Below, one piece after another: positions 10,818 to 21,673 of a stretch of DNA of 52,030 nt (position 1 is its first letter; every line of letters starts with the position of its first letter). The notes beneath the pieces were generated by a model, which made no database searches, had not been told where the DNA came from, and saw only the letters and a program-made list of their open reading frames with translations. Location: sequence record SRR2962707_917; one strand, given 5' to 3'. A program made the translations under genes and the position numbers.

Positions 10818-11438
10818 ATGATTCGTATTGCCGCTATTTCCGCATCCGTCGCGGTCGCTGCTTTGGTTGGCGGAGTTTGGTATGCAACACTGTCTGACAC
10901 AGCCGTGGATCAATTTGCATCCTGCCGCGCCTCGCAAGTTGCCGGTGGCTCAGATCAGATTGGTGGTCCGTTCACCCTTGTGAATTCTGAGGGCAAAACG
11001 GTCACGGACCAGGACGTCATCACCGAACCCTCGATCCTGTACTTTGGATATACATTCTGCCCGGATGTCTGCCCTTTGGACACGGCCCGAAATGCAGAGG
11101 CTGTCGATATTCTGGCAGAACGGGGACTATCCACGACGCCTGTCTTCATTTCCGTCGACCCAAAGCGTGATACGCCAGAGGCCGTTGGTGACTTTGCCGA
11201 GAACCTGCACGAAAAGATGATCGGACTTACCGGGTCCCCCGACCAGGTCAAAGCGGCCAGCCAAGCCTATCGAACCTATTACAAGGCCCAACCTGCTGAA
11301 GACGACTATTACCTGGTTGATCACTCGACTTTTGCCTATCTCGTTTTGCCAGAGCACGGTTTTGTCGATTTCTTCCGACGTGACGTCACCCCGGAACAGA
11401 TGGCCGACAGGGTTTCCTGCTTCATTGAAAATAGCTGA
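10818..11438 (+). CDS. senC: SCO1/SenC copper chaperone
   Basis: YFGYTFCPDVCP (CxxxC), YLVDHS; ATG at 10818 after AGGAGAG; between regB and regA. Confidence 0.93.
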   Translation: MIRIAAISASVAVAALVGGVWYATLSDTAVDQFASCRASQVAGGSDQIGGPFTLVNSEGKTVTDQDVITEPSILYFGYTFCPDVCPLDTARNAEAVDILAERGLSTTPVFISVDPKRDTPEAVGDFAENLHEKMIGLTGSPDQVKAASQAYRTYYKAQPAEDDYYLVDHSTFAYLVLPEHGFVDFFRRDVTPEQMADRVSCFIENS

Positions 11439-11515
11439 ATGATCTTCATCATTTGACGGTCCGTCACCCTCGGGTTAAGTAAGAATTAGAAATTCTCACG
11501 TTGGGAGGGTGCCGC

Positions 11516-12070
11516 GTGGCCGAAAGAACGATTCAGGATATTGGTGCAGACAAGTCTTTGATGCTTGTTGATGATGACGAGCCGTTTCTGAAACGCCTGG
11601 CCAAAGCCATGGAAAAGCGTGGATTCGAAGTTGAAATGGCCGGGTCCGTCGCTGCTGGTCAGGCCATAGCAACAGCCCGCCCGCCGGCTTACGCGGTTGT
11701 TGATCTGCGGTTAGAGGACGGCAACGGTTTGGATGTCGTTGAAGTTCTTCGCGACAAGCGACCAGATTGCCGTGTGGTTGTTCTGACCGGGTACGGCGCG
11801 ATTGCAACAGCGGTTGCTGCTGTAAAGATTGGCGCGACGGATTACCTTTCTAAACCGGCAGATGCCACAGATATCACCAATGCGTTGCTGGCAAAAGCAG
11901 ATGATCTTCCGCCACCGCCGGAAAATCCGATGAGTGCAGACCGCGTGCGTTGGGAACATATTCAGCGTGTCTATGAGCTTTGCGATCGCAATGTTTCGGA
12001 AACCGCGCGCCGTTTGAATATGCACAGACGGACGTTGCAACGGATTCTCGCCAAGCGTTCACCGCGCTAA
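11516..12070 (+). CDS. regA: Response regulator RegA/PrrA/ActR
   Basis: Receiver domain (LVDDD, VVDLRL), PPPPENPMSADRVRWEHIQRV and HTH NVSETARRLNMHRRTLQRILAKRSPR; GTG start after GGAGGG. Confidence 0.96.
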   Translation: MAERTIQDIGADKSLMLVDDDEPFLKRLAKAMEKRGFEVEMAGSVAAGQAIATARPPAYAVVDLRLEDGNGLDVVEVLRDKRPDCRVVVLTGYGAIATAVAAVKIGATDYLSKPADATDITNALLAKADDLPPPPENPMSADRVRWEHIQRVYELCDRNVSETARRLNMHRRTLQRILAKRSPR

Positions 12071-12093
12071 TCTCGGAAAAGTAGAGAACATGG

Positions 12094-12127
12094 ACGGCTT
12101 CAGCACCTATTGAAGCCGTTTATTTTG
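12094..12127 (+). terminator. Rho-independent terminator after regA, between convergent regA and GNAT genes
   Basis: ACGGCTTCA-gcacctat-TGAAGCCGT 9-bp stem followed by TTATTTT. Confidence 0.7.
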
Positions 12128-12160
12128 CGTATTTTTTAAGAGAAGATGCGTAGGGGTCTT

Positions 12161-12646
12161 TTATAGATCGTACCGTTTGAGCACCTTGTTCACCACGGAA
12201 CCATCCGAAAGGCGAACATTGGTTTTACGACCGTAAGTTTCAAAACCCCGACTTTGATAATAGGTCAGGCCCGATTCGTTGTCTTCGCGAATATTGGCGT
12301 TGATCCAGAGAAAGCCCAGGTCCCTTGCTGCCTGGCTTGTCGCTTCAAACAACGCTTTCCCGACCCCAAGCCCGGTTTGACCCGGCTTCACAAAACTCGC
12401 GATATTACAGGCTTGTGGTGGTAAATCTTTATGTGGCTCGATCCATTGAAAACCGAGAATTTCGCCTTTGTCTGTTTCAGCCACGATCCAGGAACTGGAG
12501 TCTTCAAAACCAGTCATCCAAAGCTGAATGTCATCCCGCGAGACTGGATCTGTGATGGCCGTCGTCCCACCAATAGCGATGATATCATTTAGGATGTCGG
12601 CCATTTGGCGGGCATCAAAGGCGACGGCGGCTCGCGTTTCGATCAC
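12161..12646 (-). CDS. GNAT family N-acetyltransferase
   Basis: Acetyl-CoA motif FVKPGQTGLGVGKALF and NESGLTYYQSRGF. Confidence 0.85.
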   Translation of the reverse strand: MIETRAAVAFDARQMADILNDIIAIGGTTAITDPVSRDDIQLWMTGFEDSSSWIVAETDKGEILGFQWIEPHKDLPPQACNIASFVKPGQTGLGVGKALFEATSQAARDLGFLWINANIREDNESGLTYYQSRGFETYGRKTNVRLSDGSVVNKVLKRYDL

Positions 12647-12714
12647 TGCAGGTCTCCAGCATTCCGGGTTTGAATTTTGAGTATTTAAGGAAAGATGAAA
12701 TCTGATGCTTGGCC

Positions 12715-13308
12715 TTAAAACTGAGCCATCAGGGCGTGGTGCTTTTCTGTGAAATCAGCGCGCACTTGCATGGCTGGGCGCAATAATATCTTGAAATCTT
12801 TCGTTAATTCGACATTGGGCTTGCCGAAGGTCTTATTGGCTTCTGTTTCAGAGAATCCGGCGATTTGCGTCGCTTCCATCCAGGCGCTGATCCTATCGGC
12901 CTTTTTGATCTGACGTTTCACGCTGGCAGGCAGAACCGCCGGCAGACCAAACCGGATGTGAATGGCTGCCGTCAGCCGTTCATCCAACGCAACATATTCA
13001 GGACCCACGGCAGACTTTACCGGTGAAATCATATCGCCGATCACATATTCGGGGGCGTCATGTAAAAGTGCCGCAAGTTGCCATTTGATCGGCGCGGTTG
13101 GCACCATTCGGGTGAAAATCTCTGTCACCAAAATGGAATGTTCCGCAACCGAATAGGCAAAGTCGCCATTCGTCTGACCGTTCCAACGGGCGACAAATGC
13201 CAACCCGTGCGCTATATCCTCGATTTCAATATCTACAGGCGTGGGATCCAGCAGATCAAGTCGGCGACCGGATAACATTCTTTGCCAGGCGCGGGGCGTT
13301 TTGGACAC
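12715..13308 (-). CDS. HD-domain phosphohydrolase (YfbR/5'-deoxynucleotidase-like)
   Basis: RWNGQT, YSVAEHS, LLHDAPEY, KKADR motifs; divergent from ahcY. Confidence 0.85.
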   Translation of the reverse strand: MSKTPRAWQRMLSGRRLDLLDPTPVDIEIEDIAHGLAFVARWNGQTNGDFAYSVAEHSILVTEIFTRMVPTAPIKWQLAALLHDAPEYVIGDMISPVKSAVGPEYVALDERLTAAIHIRFGLPAVLPASVKRQIKKADRISAWMEATQIAGFSETEANKTFGKPNVELTKDFKILLRPAMQVRADFTEKHHALMAQF

Positions 13309-13555
13309 GGTCTTCTCCGGTGTATCTGTCTGGTTGTCCCAATGGATATAGCCCTGCGCCTATGCCACGCCAAGCCACCTAGCGGGCCTTGCGCTGGAAA
13401 ATCCAAATTGTGCGATTTTGGGGGGCGACTTTTTGGCGGATCCTTGCAGCCATGCGTTTTCGACTTAGTTACTCAGATGCCGCAGAGCGATTTATTGCCG
13501 TTCAGGGGCTCCGATGGTAGGAAGCCGTCAAAACTCGTTTGGTTTAGGATAGCAC

Positions 13556-14950
13556 ATGTCGCAAGACTATATCGTCAAGGACATCTCTTTGGCCGCCTTT
13601 GGCCGCAAAGAGCTGGATATTGCAGAAACTGAAATGCCGGGCTTGATGGCCCTGCGTAAAGAATATGGTGACGCGCAGCCGCTGAAAGGCGCGCGGATCG
13701 CCGGGTCGTTGCATATGACCATTCAGACTGCTGTTTTGATCGAAACACTGGTCGCATTGGGCGCCGATGTTCGCTGGGCGTCGTGCAATATTTTCTCGAC
13801 GCAAGACCATGCTGCTGCGGCAATCGCCGCCTCTGGCGTGCCGGTTTTTGCCATCAAGGGCGAAACCTTGCCGGAATACTGGGAATACGCCGACAAGATC
13901 TTTGATTTCTCTGAAGGCGGTTGCAACATGATCCTGGATGACGGTGGCGATGCCACAATGTACATCTTGATCGGCGCTCGCGTAGAAGCCGGCGAAACCG
14001 ACTTGATCGCGGTGCCAACGTCGGAAGAAGAAGAGGCATTGTTTGCCCAGATCCGCACGCGACTGGCCGCAAACCCCGGCTGGTTCACAAAACAGCGTGA
14101 AATGATCCAAGGTGTTTCCGAAGAAACCACGACTGGTGTGCACCGCCTGTATGAGCTGGTGAAACAAGGTCAGTTGCCTTTCCCGGCGATCAACGTCAAC
14201 GACTCTGTGACGAAATCCAAATTCGACAACAAATACGGCTGTAAAGAATCGCTGGTCGACGGCATCCGTCGGGCGACGGATACAATGATGGCCGGCAAAG
14301 TGGCTGTCGTCTGCGGCTATGGCGATGTTGGAAAAGGTAGCGCGGCGAGCCTGAGAGGCGCAGGTGCTCGTGTCAAAGTCACTGAAGTTGATCCGATTTG
14401 CGCGCTTCAGGCCGCGATGGATGGGTTCGAAGTGGTTGTGCTTGAGGATGTGCTCGACAGCGCCGATATTTTTATCACCACAACCGGCAACAAAGATGTC
14501 ATCCGCATCGAACATATGCGCGGCATGAAGGACATGGCGATCGTTGGTAACATTGGTCACTTTGACAATGAAATCCAAGTCGCAAACCTGAAGAACCACA
14601 AATGGACCAACATTAAGGAACAAGTGGACATGATCGAGATGCCGTCCGGCAATCGCTTGATCCTGTTGTCCGAAGGTCGTTTGCTGAACCTTGGCAACGC
14701 CACAGGTCACCCCTCTTTTGTTATGTCTGCCAGTTTTACCAACCAAGTTCTGGCCCAGATTGAGCTTTGGACACGTGGTGACCAATACAACAATGATGTC
14801 TATATCCTGCCAAAGCATCTGGATGAAAAAGTGGCGCGTCTGCACCTTGATCGCATCGGCGTAAAGCTGACGAAACTGGATAGCGAGCAAGCGGCCTATA
14901 TTGGTGTCAGCCCAGAAGGGCCGTTTAAACCAGAGCATTATCGCTACTGA
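13556..14950 (+). CDS. ahcY: S-adenosylhomocysteine hydrolase
   Basis: [52 protein letters not shown]-terminal PFKPEHYRY. Confidence 0.98.
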   Translation: MSQDYIVKDISLAAFGRKELDIAETEMPGLMALRKEYGDAQPLKGARIAGSLHMTIQTAVLIETLVALGADVRWASCNIFSTQDHAAAAIAASGVPVFAIKGETLPEYWEYADKIFDFSEGGCNMILDDGGDATMYILIGARVEAGETDLIAVPTSEEEEALFAQIRTRLAANPGWFTKQREMIQGVSEETTTGVHRLYELVKQGQLPFPAINVNDSVTKSKFDNKYGCKESLVDGIRRATDTMMAGKVAVVCGYGDVGKGSAASLRGAGARVKVTEVDPICALQAAMDGFEVVVLEDVLDSADIFITTTGNKDVIRIEHMRGMKDMAIVGNIGHFDNEIQVANLKNHKWTNIKEQVDMIEMPSGNRLILLSEGRLLNLGNATGHPSFVMSASFTNQVLAQIELWTRGDQYNNDVYILPKHLDEKVARLHLDRIGVKLTKLDSEQAAYIGVSPEGPFKPEHYRY

Positions 14951-14972
14951 TTGAACACCAGATATCATCGTG

Positions 14973-14999
14973 AAACCCGGGCCCTGTGTCCGGGTTTTT
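14973..14999 (+). terminator. Rho-independent terminator after ahcY
   Basis: AAACCCGG-gccctgtgt-CCGGGTTT hairpin running into a T tract. Confidence 0.75.
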
Positions 15000-15116
15000 C
15001 ATGTTTGGTCGCTCAATTGCGCGAAACAAACCACGTTTTTGTCATCCAAAAGTGGCAATTTTGGTAAATTACGACATCTATAGACTCATGTGTTTTTGCG
15101 ATTGTCGGAGAGATTG

Positions 15117-18089
15117 ATGATACCAACGTGGCGCAGTGCCGTTCTGTTTCTGTTTTTGAGCCTTATTCCAGCGGGACTTCTGGCTCAGCCGAAGGAGAGC
15201 ACGACAACTTTTGTGTTCGGAAATAGCCTGGTAAACCACGTGAGTGATGACCCGCGAACCAACGTGCCTATTTGGCTTGCCGACATTGCGCGTTCGGATG
15301 GTCAAAGCCTGAAACTTGATGGCGAATGGGGCTTTATGCGCGACTTTGCCAACAATCTTCCGGCCACGTCGAACTGGTCCTTTGAGGGGGTTCAAAGCGC
15401 GTGGAACTCAGAGAAGACAGCTTTTGACAGTGCGGGTTTTGACACGATCATCCTGTCTCCGACAAACTTCATCCAATACCAATCTGCGACGCGCCCGTTC
15501 GACGGCGACAATCCGAGCGATGTCTCGCCCTTAAGTGTCACGTCACAGGTCTTTGACTGGACCGATGGTCAAACCGCAGGCATGCGACATTTCATTTACG
15601 AAGGTTGGATGGACATGGGGTCTTTGACATCCCGCTTTCCGCCGCGTTCCCGTGTCATGCGCAAGTACCATTCCATGAATCAGGGGAAGTATCACGACTG
15701 GTATGTTGACTACGTGGAGCTGCTGGCCAAGGAACACCCGACCCTTGATTTGCGCTTAATTCCAGTCGCAAGCACGTTGTCTTACCTGCTGAGAGAGACC
15801 CGGCTTCGTGAAATGTCCACCATCGACCTTTATGTTGACGACGCACCACACGGAACGGCAAGTCTATATTTTCTGGCCGCGCTGATCACCTATTCCGCAC
15901 TTTATGAGACACCGCCTCCGGCCGAAATGGCCCTGCCGAACACGGTTCACCCGTCAATTAGATTGAATTATTCAGAAATCGCGCAGGTTATTTGGGAAAA
16001 AGTTCAACCTTTTACTGAACCTTCGAACAAACAGGCCAGTTCAGCAGCACCTGAGCCGATACCGCAAGCGACTGTCGAGACAGTTGCAGCAACGGTCACA
16101 CCCGTCAAAGTAACCACTTCTTCGGACGCCCTCAAACCCGAGGCGCAGACAAAACTACCAAGTCTGGCAATGGGGCTGAATGGTATTGCAGATTGGTCGA
16201 CCCAACAGCCTTTTGTCGACCTAATGAAATCCGCGCGGGTTTGGATCGGACACACAGAAAGCCAATGGGGGGCGATGCCTGCTGAAGAGCTGGAAGACGG
16301 CGGCCATCTGGACGACAACGGCTGGATTAAGAAAATGCCGCCCGGTATCGACCGGGTCGAGGCCTTTCTCTTGACCGATCAACCAAAGGATTCAGTTTCC
16401 CTCAAGGGTAATTACATCCTGCGCTACGACGGACAGGGTGAAATTAGCGTGATCGGCATGGCGAAAACCCGAGATCAAAAACCCGGGGAAATTCGTTTTG
16501 CCTTCTCGCCCGGCGACGGACAAATCGCCGTTGCGATCAAGAGCACGGATCCAACGAACTACATCCGTAACATTAAGATATTTAAGGAAGATCATTTAGA
16601 TCTTATCGAAGCAGGTGTCCTGTTTAATCCGGCCTGGATCGAAAAAATCCATGACCTTCGCAGCGTGCGATTTATGGACTGGATGTTCACCAATGACTCA
16701 AACGTCGAAAACTGGGAACAACGGGCTCACTCCGGCGATTATACCTATGCACGCCGGGGCGTCCCGCTTGAAGTTATGGTGACGCTAGCCAACGAAATCG
16801 GGGCAGATCCTTGGTTCAACATGCCCCATCAGGCAAATGATGACTATGTCCGCGCATTTGCGTCCGCCGTAAAATCAACCTTGGACCCGCGCTTAAAGGC
16901 CTATGTCGAATACTCGAATGAAGTATGGAACTTCATTTTCCAACAAGCCCATTATGCCCAATCCATGGCCGATGATCTTTGGGGAGAAACCGAAGCCGGC
17001 TGGATGCAATACTACGGGCTACGCGCGGCTCAGGTCATGGATATCTGGACTGACGTCTATGGCGCATCAGCACAGGACCAATTGGTTCGCGTGGTTGGCG
17101 TGCACACCGGATGGCCGGGATTGGAATACAGCATTTTGGCCGGTGAAGACGCGGCTGCTACGTATGGCAAGCCACAAAGAGAGAGCTTTGATGCCTATGC
17201 CGTGACAGGTTATTTTGGCTATGAAATGGGCACCGATGAATATGCTGGTACAATTCGCCGGTTGCTGGATGACATTGACGAAGAATTCGAAGATGAAGGC
17301 CGCAAACAAGGTCTTCGCCGCGTCGCGCTTCGCGAATTTTTGCGCGGTAAAACCTATGAAAAAGCCTATCCCACGCTGCAAAAAGCGCTGCTCGAAGGGT
17401 CATTGCGTGAATTGACAGAAGAATTCTTCCCAGCACACGCGGAATCGGCCAAGCGCGCGGGATTGCGTCTTATTATGTACGAAGGCGGCACTCACGTGGC
17501 GAGTCATGGCGCGTTGTTAAACGATGAGCGGGCCACCAAATTATTCACGGGGTTCAACTATTCGCCAGAAATCGCGGTGATTTATAAGGCTCTGCTGGAC
17601 GGATGGGAAAAAGCTGGCGGCACCCTGTTCAATGCCTTTGTAGATGTCGCAAACCCCACGCAATGGGGCAGTTGGGGCGCATTGCGTCACCTGGATGACT
17701 CAAACCCACGCTGGGATGCGCTGATGGCCCAAAACGCTTCTGGGCATGGCCAATGGGAGCAACGCGATCCTGCTGCCTTCCAAAACGGTGTGTTTGAGAG
17801 GGGCACTGCCGCTGCTGACGAATTAATCGGCTCAAACGAAGAAGACGTTTTAATTGCCGGGGACGGGGACGATACGATTTTCCCAAAAGCCGGGAATGAT
17901 CATATCCATGGCGGACCGGGCATCGACTTGATTGTCTTACCCGGGAATGGAACGGGGTATAGTTTTTCCCAAAACGGCGACATGCTGATTGTGACCGGGC
18001 CTCAAGGCGTCGTGACAATGGCATCTGTTGAGTTGGTGGCCTTCGAAGAGGACCCAGAGACGTTGTTCGATGTCTCTGTAATCCAATAG
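15117..18089 (+). CDS. Secreted multidomain protein: SGNH-like domain, linker, GH clan-A-like barrel and RTX Ca-binding repeats
   Basis: Signal-like MIPTWRSAVLFLFLSLIPAGLLA; FGNSL and DDAPH motifs; A/T/P-rich linker; RFMDW, PWFNMPH, VEYSNEVWN, MYEGG; C-terminal AGDGDDTI/AGNDHIHGGPGIDLI nonapeptide repeats. ATG at 15117 after GGAGAG. Confidence 0.65.
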   Translation: MIPTWRSAVLFLFLSLIPAGLLAQPKESTTTFVFGNSLVNHVSDDPRTNVPIWLADIARSDGQSLKLDGEWGFMRDFANNLPATSNWSFEGVQSAWNSEKTAFDSAGFDTIILSPTNFIQYQSATRPFDGDNPSDVSPLSVTSQVFDWTDGQTAGMRHFIYEGWMDMGSLTSRFPPRSRVMRKYHSMNQGKYHDWYVDYVELLAKEHPTLDLRLIPVASTLSYLLRETRLREMSTIDLYVDDAPHGTASLYFLAALITYSALYETPPPAEMALPNTVHPSIRLNYSEIAQVIWEKVQPFTEPSNKQASSAAPEPIPQATVETVAATVTPVKVTTSSDALKPEAQTKLPSLAMGLNGIADWSTQQPFVDLMKSARVWIGHTESQWGAMPAEELEDGGHLDDNGWIKKMPPGIDRVEAFLLTDQPKDSVSLKGNYILRYDGQGEISVIGMAKTRDQKPGEIRFAFSPGDGQIAVAIKSTDPTNYIRNIKIFKEDHLDLIEAGVLFNPAWIEKIHDLRSVRFMDWMFTNDSNVENWEQRAHSGDYTYARRGVPLEVMVTLANEIGADPWFNMPHQANDDYVRAFASAVKSTLDPRLKAYVEYSNEVWNFIFQQAHYAQSMADDLWGETEAGWMQYYGLRAAQVMDIWTDVYGASAQDQLVRVVGVHTGWPGLEYSILAGEDAAATYGKPQRESFDAYAVTGYFGYEMGTDEYAGTIRRLLDDIDEEFEDEGRKQGLRRVALREFLRGKTYEKAYPTLQKALLEGSLRELTEEFFPAHAESAKRAGLRLIMYEGGTHVASHGALLNDERATKLFTGFNYSPEIAVIYKALLDGWEKAGGTLFNAFVDVANPTQWGSWGALRHLDDSNPRWDALMAQNASGHGQWEQRDPAAFQNGVFERGTAAADELIGSNEEDVLIAGDGDDTIFPKAGNDHIHGGPGIDLIVLPGNGTGYSFSQNGDMLIVTGPQGVVTMASVELVAFEEDPETLFDVSVIQ

Positions 18090-18092
18090 TGC

Positions 18093-19289
18093 TTAACCGT
18101 GGAGCCTTTCGATCTCAGTGATCAACGTCTCTGCGCCCAAGCTTGAGCGATAGTTTTGCTCAACATGTTCGCGGCCGTTCTTGCTCAGTTTCTCTGCAAA
18201 ACCACGATCACCGGCCAGTAAACGAATTGCGTCCGCCAAAGCTTTAGGATCCTTGGGGGCCACTAGCATGCCGTTTTCCCCATCTTCGATCAGTTCCATC
18301 ACGCCGCCGGCCCGCGTGCCAATAACGGGGACACCGCAGGCCATGGCCTCCATATAGGCAACACCAAGAGGTTCGTGCCAACTGGCCAAAACAAAAACAT
18401 GCGCGTTCAGTAATTTTTGCTTTACCGCATCGCCATCAATGGCACCCAGCAGCTTCGCATGATCTTGCAAACGCAGTTTTTTCATATGCGCTTCCAGCTC
18501 ACTACGATAACCAGAGCCACCCGCGTCATCTTCACCTGCGATTTCAAGACGAACATCGACGCCTGCATCGATAAGCTGACGAACAGCCGTTAACAAATCC
18601 TGATGGCCTTTGACGACATTCAACCGGCCACAGCTAAATATACGCATCGGCCGACCGTGTTCCGCAGGAATGTACGGCGTTGTGCGTTTTAACGCGTCGA
18701 CATCAACCCCCATGGGGCGAATTGGTAACCGCTCAGGCAAGCTACCTGCAAGTTCCCGCTCAATCTCAGAGACCAGCTTTTTTGTGATCACAGTCGCAAA
18801 CGCGGCATTTGACCATTTGAAACGCTGGCCGGGGCCATAATCGGAAAGCGGACCATGCAGGGTTACCGAATACGTCGGGCCTCCCAATTTATGCGCCAAG
18901 GCCGCAATCAAGGCAGCGCGCCCACAGGAGTGCACATGCACATGGGTCAGTCCGTCTTTCTTGCACTGCCGCAAGAGCTCCAAAGAGGCCGAAAGCGTGA
19001 TCAAAACGTCTTTTGAAAACCCTTTACCCTCTTGCATCATCCAGCGCAGCAAACCTTTGGGTAGCAATTTGGACATCGCGGAAAGCGCGGAAACCAAATC
19101 AACATTCCCAAGGTAAATTGTCCGCTCCATTGCGGTTTGAGACCAGTCGTGCGAAATTAACCCATCCGGAGGCTTACGTGTAGAAAACAGCTGGACGTGG
19201 TGACCCTTCTCTTCCAGGACCTGCAGCTCACGCCAAAAAAATACGTGGGTTTGCCCTGGAAACTGGGGAACTAAATAGCCAATACGCAA
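18093..19289 (-). CDS. GT4 glycosyltransferase (EpsE/WcaL-like)
   Basis: GT-B motifs GRLNVVKG and EPLGVAYMEAMACG (Ex7E). Confidence 0.9.
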   Translation of the reverse strand: MRIGYLVPQFPGQTHVFFWRELQVLEEKGHHVQLFSTRKPPDGLISHDWSQTAMERTIYLGNVDLVSALSAMSKLLPKGLLRWMMQEGKGFSKDVLITLSASLELLRQCKKDGLTHVHVHSCGRAALIAALAHKLGGPTYSVTLHGPLSDYGPGQRFKWSNAAFATVITKKLVSEIERELAGSLPERLPIRPMGVDVDALKRTTPYIPAEHGRPMRIFSCGRLNVVKGHQDLLTAVRQLIDAGVDVRLEIAGEDDAGGSGYRSELEAHMKKLRLQDHAKLLGAIDGDAVKQKLLNAHVFVLASWHEPLGVAYMEAMACGVPVIGTRAGGVMELIEDGENGMLVAPKDPKALADAIRLLAGDRGFAEKLSKNGREHVEQNYRSSLGAETLITEIERLHG

Positions 19290-19451
19290 GCGCGATTCCT
19301 TAGGAAAATTCTGTTTCTTTATTTTGCAAAAAAATGTTCGCCGGTTGACTTCATTTTTTAGAACTTACCATTCTTTGGCCATAGTTAGCAGCTACTTACC
19401 CTCACTATTGTTGACTGTTTTTTAGGATGTGTGACTGCATTGGTACGCAAT

Positions 19452-20312
19452 ATGTCAAATAGCTCGCCGAATGGCGTTCCACTGGTCAGCGTGATCCTAC
19501 CTGCAAACAATGAGGCCAACCTCATTGGGCCCTGCTTAAAGGCTCTGTTGGCGTCTGACTGGGGATATACGCAACCCTGCGAAGTGATCGTTGTGGCCAA
19601 TGGTTGCACAGACGATACCGCTGAGGTCGCCCGCCAATTCCGAATGGATTTCGCGCAGAAAGGTTGGCGGCTTGGGGTTCTGGATTTGCCCGAAGGCGGT
19701 AAGTTGAAGGCTCTGAATGAGGGTGACTCAACAGCAAATGGTCAAATCCGCGTTTACCTTGATGCCGACGTGATCGTGACGCCCCCGCTTATGTCGCAAA
19801 TCGCCGAAGCGCTAAGCATCGATGCGCCTAGATACGCCAGTGGCCAGGTGAAAATCTCAAAAACAAACAACTGGGCCAGTCGCGCGTATCGACGTATTTA
19901 CCAAAGGGTTCCTTTCATGACCAACGGTGTTCCCGGATGTGGTTTGTTTGCCGTCAACGCAGCAGGACGCGCCCGATGGGGGCTTTTTCCGGATATCATC
20001 TCAGACGATACATTTGTCCGTCTTAGCTTTGCTCCGTCCGAGCGCATTGGTGTTCCAGCAAGTTATGAATGGCCCATTGTTGACGGATGGTCGAATTTGG
20101 TCCGTGTCCGGCGGCGTCAGAACATTGGCGTTGATGAAGTTGGCGAAAAATTCCCGGAATTACTGATGAACGATGACAAAGTACCCTTTGGTCTTCGTAG
20201 TAAGTTAAAACTGGCTCTAACCGACCCAATCGGTTTTGCTGTCTATACAGGCGTCGCACTTTTTGTGCGTTTCACGCGCAACCGCGCAACCGGCTGGAGC
20301 CGTGGCAGATGA
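19452..20312 (+). CDS. GT2 glycosyltransferase
   Basis: VSVILPANNE, NGCTDDT, YLDAD (DxD), ISDD, VRRRQ; stop overlaps the wzx start (ATGA). Start may be GTG at 19431. Confidence 0.88.
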   Translation: MSNSSPNGVPLVSVILPANNEANLIGPCLKALLASDWGYTQPCEVIVVANGCTDDTAEVARQFRMDFAQKGWRLGVLDLPEGGKLKALNEGDSTANGQIRVYLDADVIVTPPLMSQIAEALSIDAPRYASGQVKISKTNNWASRAYRRIYQRVPFMTNGVPGCGLFAVNAAGRARWGLFPDIISDDTFVRLSFAPSERIGVPASYEWPIVDGWSNLVRVRRRQNIGVDEVGEKFPELLMNDDKVPFGLRSKLKLALTDPIGFAVYTGVALFVRFTRNRATGWSRGR

Positions 20313-21673
20313 ACCTAGTAATGCGAAAATTCAGCGGGACGTCTCTTTCCGCGCGCGTCCTACGCAGCTCTTTCTTAACCGTTGGTGGTTTTGGCTTTGG
20401 TCAAGTTCTGCGATTGGCGTCGAACCTCCTGCTAACCCGGCTACTTTTCCCGGAAGCCTTCGGAATGATGGCCTTGGTCATGGTTTTCCTTCAGGGATTG
20501 GCCATGTTTTCGGATGTTGGTGTTACGCCCGCAATTATGCAAAGCAAGCGCGGCGATGAGCCTGATTTCCTGAACACAGCCTGGACAATTCAAGTGATCC
20601 GCGGTTTTGCGTTGTGTTTTACAGCTTGCCTGTTCGCATGGCCAATGGCCACGTTTTATGGCGAGCCGCAGTTGATGTATCTGCTACCGGCAGCCAGTAT
20701 AACGCTGATTATCAACGGCTTTAACCCAACGCGGATGGACAGCGCGAACCGTCATCTAAAGCTGGGTCGCGTCACACTTTTGGAAATGGGCACCCAGTTA
20801 ACTGGCACTGTTACAGCCGTTCTTCTGGCCTGGCTCACCGGCTCTGTCTGGGCACTTGTTATCTCGGGCCTGATTTCTGCAACCGTTCATGTGATCATCA
20901 ATTCCATGTTCCTACCCGGGGAACGGAATCGGTTTTATTGGGACAAAAGCGCCGCGAATGAGCTGATCAACTTTGGTAAATGGATCTTTCTTTCAACGAT
21001 TTGCGGGTTCTTCGTCCTGCAAGGCGACAAAATTCTATTCGGGAAATACCTGCCACTTGACGCTTTTGGGGTCTATAACATCGGCTTCTTCCTCGCCTCG
21101 TTTCCAATGCTGTTAGGTGGCTTGGCGATACGGAAAGTCCTTATCCCGATCTATCGGGAATCTCCCCCCGGGGAATCGATTGAAAACTTTAAGAAGCTCC
21201 GCAAAATGCGCATGCTTGTTACAAGCTTCTTGCTGGTTCTAGTCAGTATTTTTGCTACGGTCGGCGTTTGGTTAGCAGACTTCATGTATGATAGTCGCTA
21301 TGAGATGGCAGGCGCTGTCATCGTCCTGATGGCCTGTATGCAAATCCCCCAAATCATTGTCGTCACCTATGATCAGGCGACCCTCGCAGCCGGGGACTCC
21401 AAGCCCTATTTCGTACTTGCCGCGTCCCGAGCCGTGTTTACGATTTTCTGCCTCCTCGTTGGCCTTGAAATGGGGGGGCTGTTAGGCGGAATTATCGCAC
21501 AAGGTGTCGCGGTTCTTTTGGTCTACCCCGTTGTGGTGTGGCTGGCCCGAAAATCTTCGGCTTGGGATCCCATGCATGATGCCGTCTTTTCGATTGCGGG
21601 GATCCTGATTGCATTTGGTGCGCTGACGCTTAACTGGGATCATGTCTTTGATTTGGCAAACGCCGGCTACTGA
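20309..21673 (+). CDS. wzx: Wzx-type oligosaccharide flippase
   Basis: Multi-TM protein with LTRLLFPEAFG, FSDVG, ELINFGKWIF, GDKILFGKYL...FGVYNIG, typical of the polysaccharide synthesis/export family. Confidence 0.85.
   Translation: MNLVMRKFSGTSLSARVLRSSFLTVGGFGFGQVLRLASNLLLTRLLFPEAFGMMALVMVFLQGLAMFSDVGVTPAIMQSKRGDEPDFLNTAWTIQVIRGFALCFTACLFAWPMATFYGEPQLMYLLPAASITLIINGFNPTRMDSANRHLKLGRVTLLEMGTQLTGTVTAVLLAWLTGSVWALVISGLISATVHVIINSMFLPGERNRFYWDKSAANELINFGKWIFLSTICGFFVLQGDKILFGKYLPLDAFGVYNIGFFLASFPMLLGGLAIRKVLIPIYRESPPGESIENFKKLRKMRMLVTSFLLVLVSIFATVGVWLADFMYDSRYEMAGAVIVLMACMQIPQIIVVTYDQATLAAGDSKPYFVLAASRAVFTIFCLLVGLEMGGLLGGIIAQGVAVLLVYPVVVWLARKSSAWDPMHDAVFSIAGILIAFGALTLNWDHVFDLANAGY

Noticed and set aside
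13309-13555. Possible SAH riboswitch upstream of ahcY
   Set aside because: Could not identify the conserved SAH riboswitch elements by eye; would need an Infernal/Rfam search.
13544-14968. 474-aa antisense ORF spanning ahcY almost exactly
   Set aside because: Typical mirror ORF from the codon bias of a highly expressed gene; no protein motifs.
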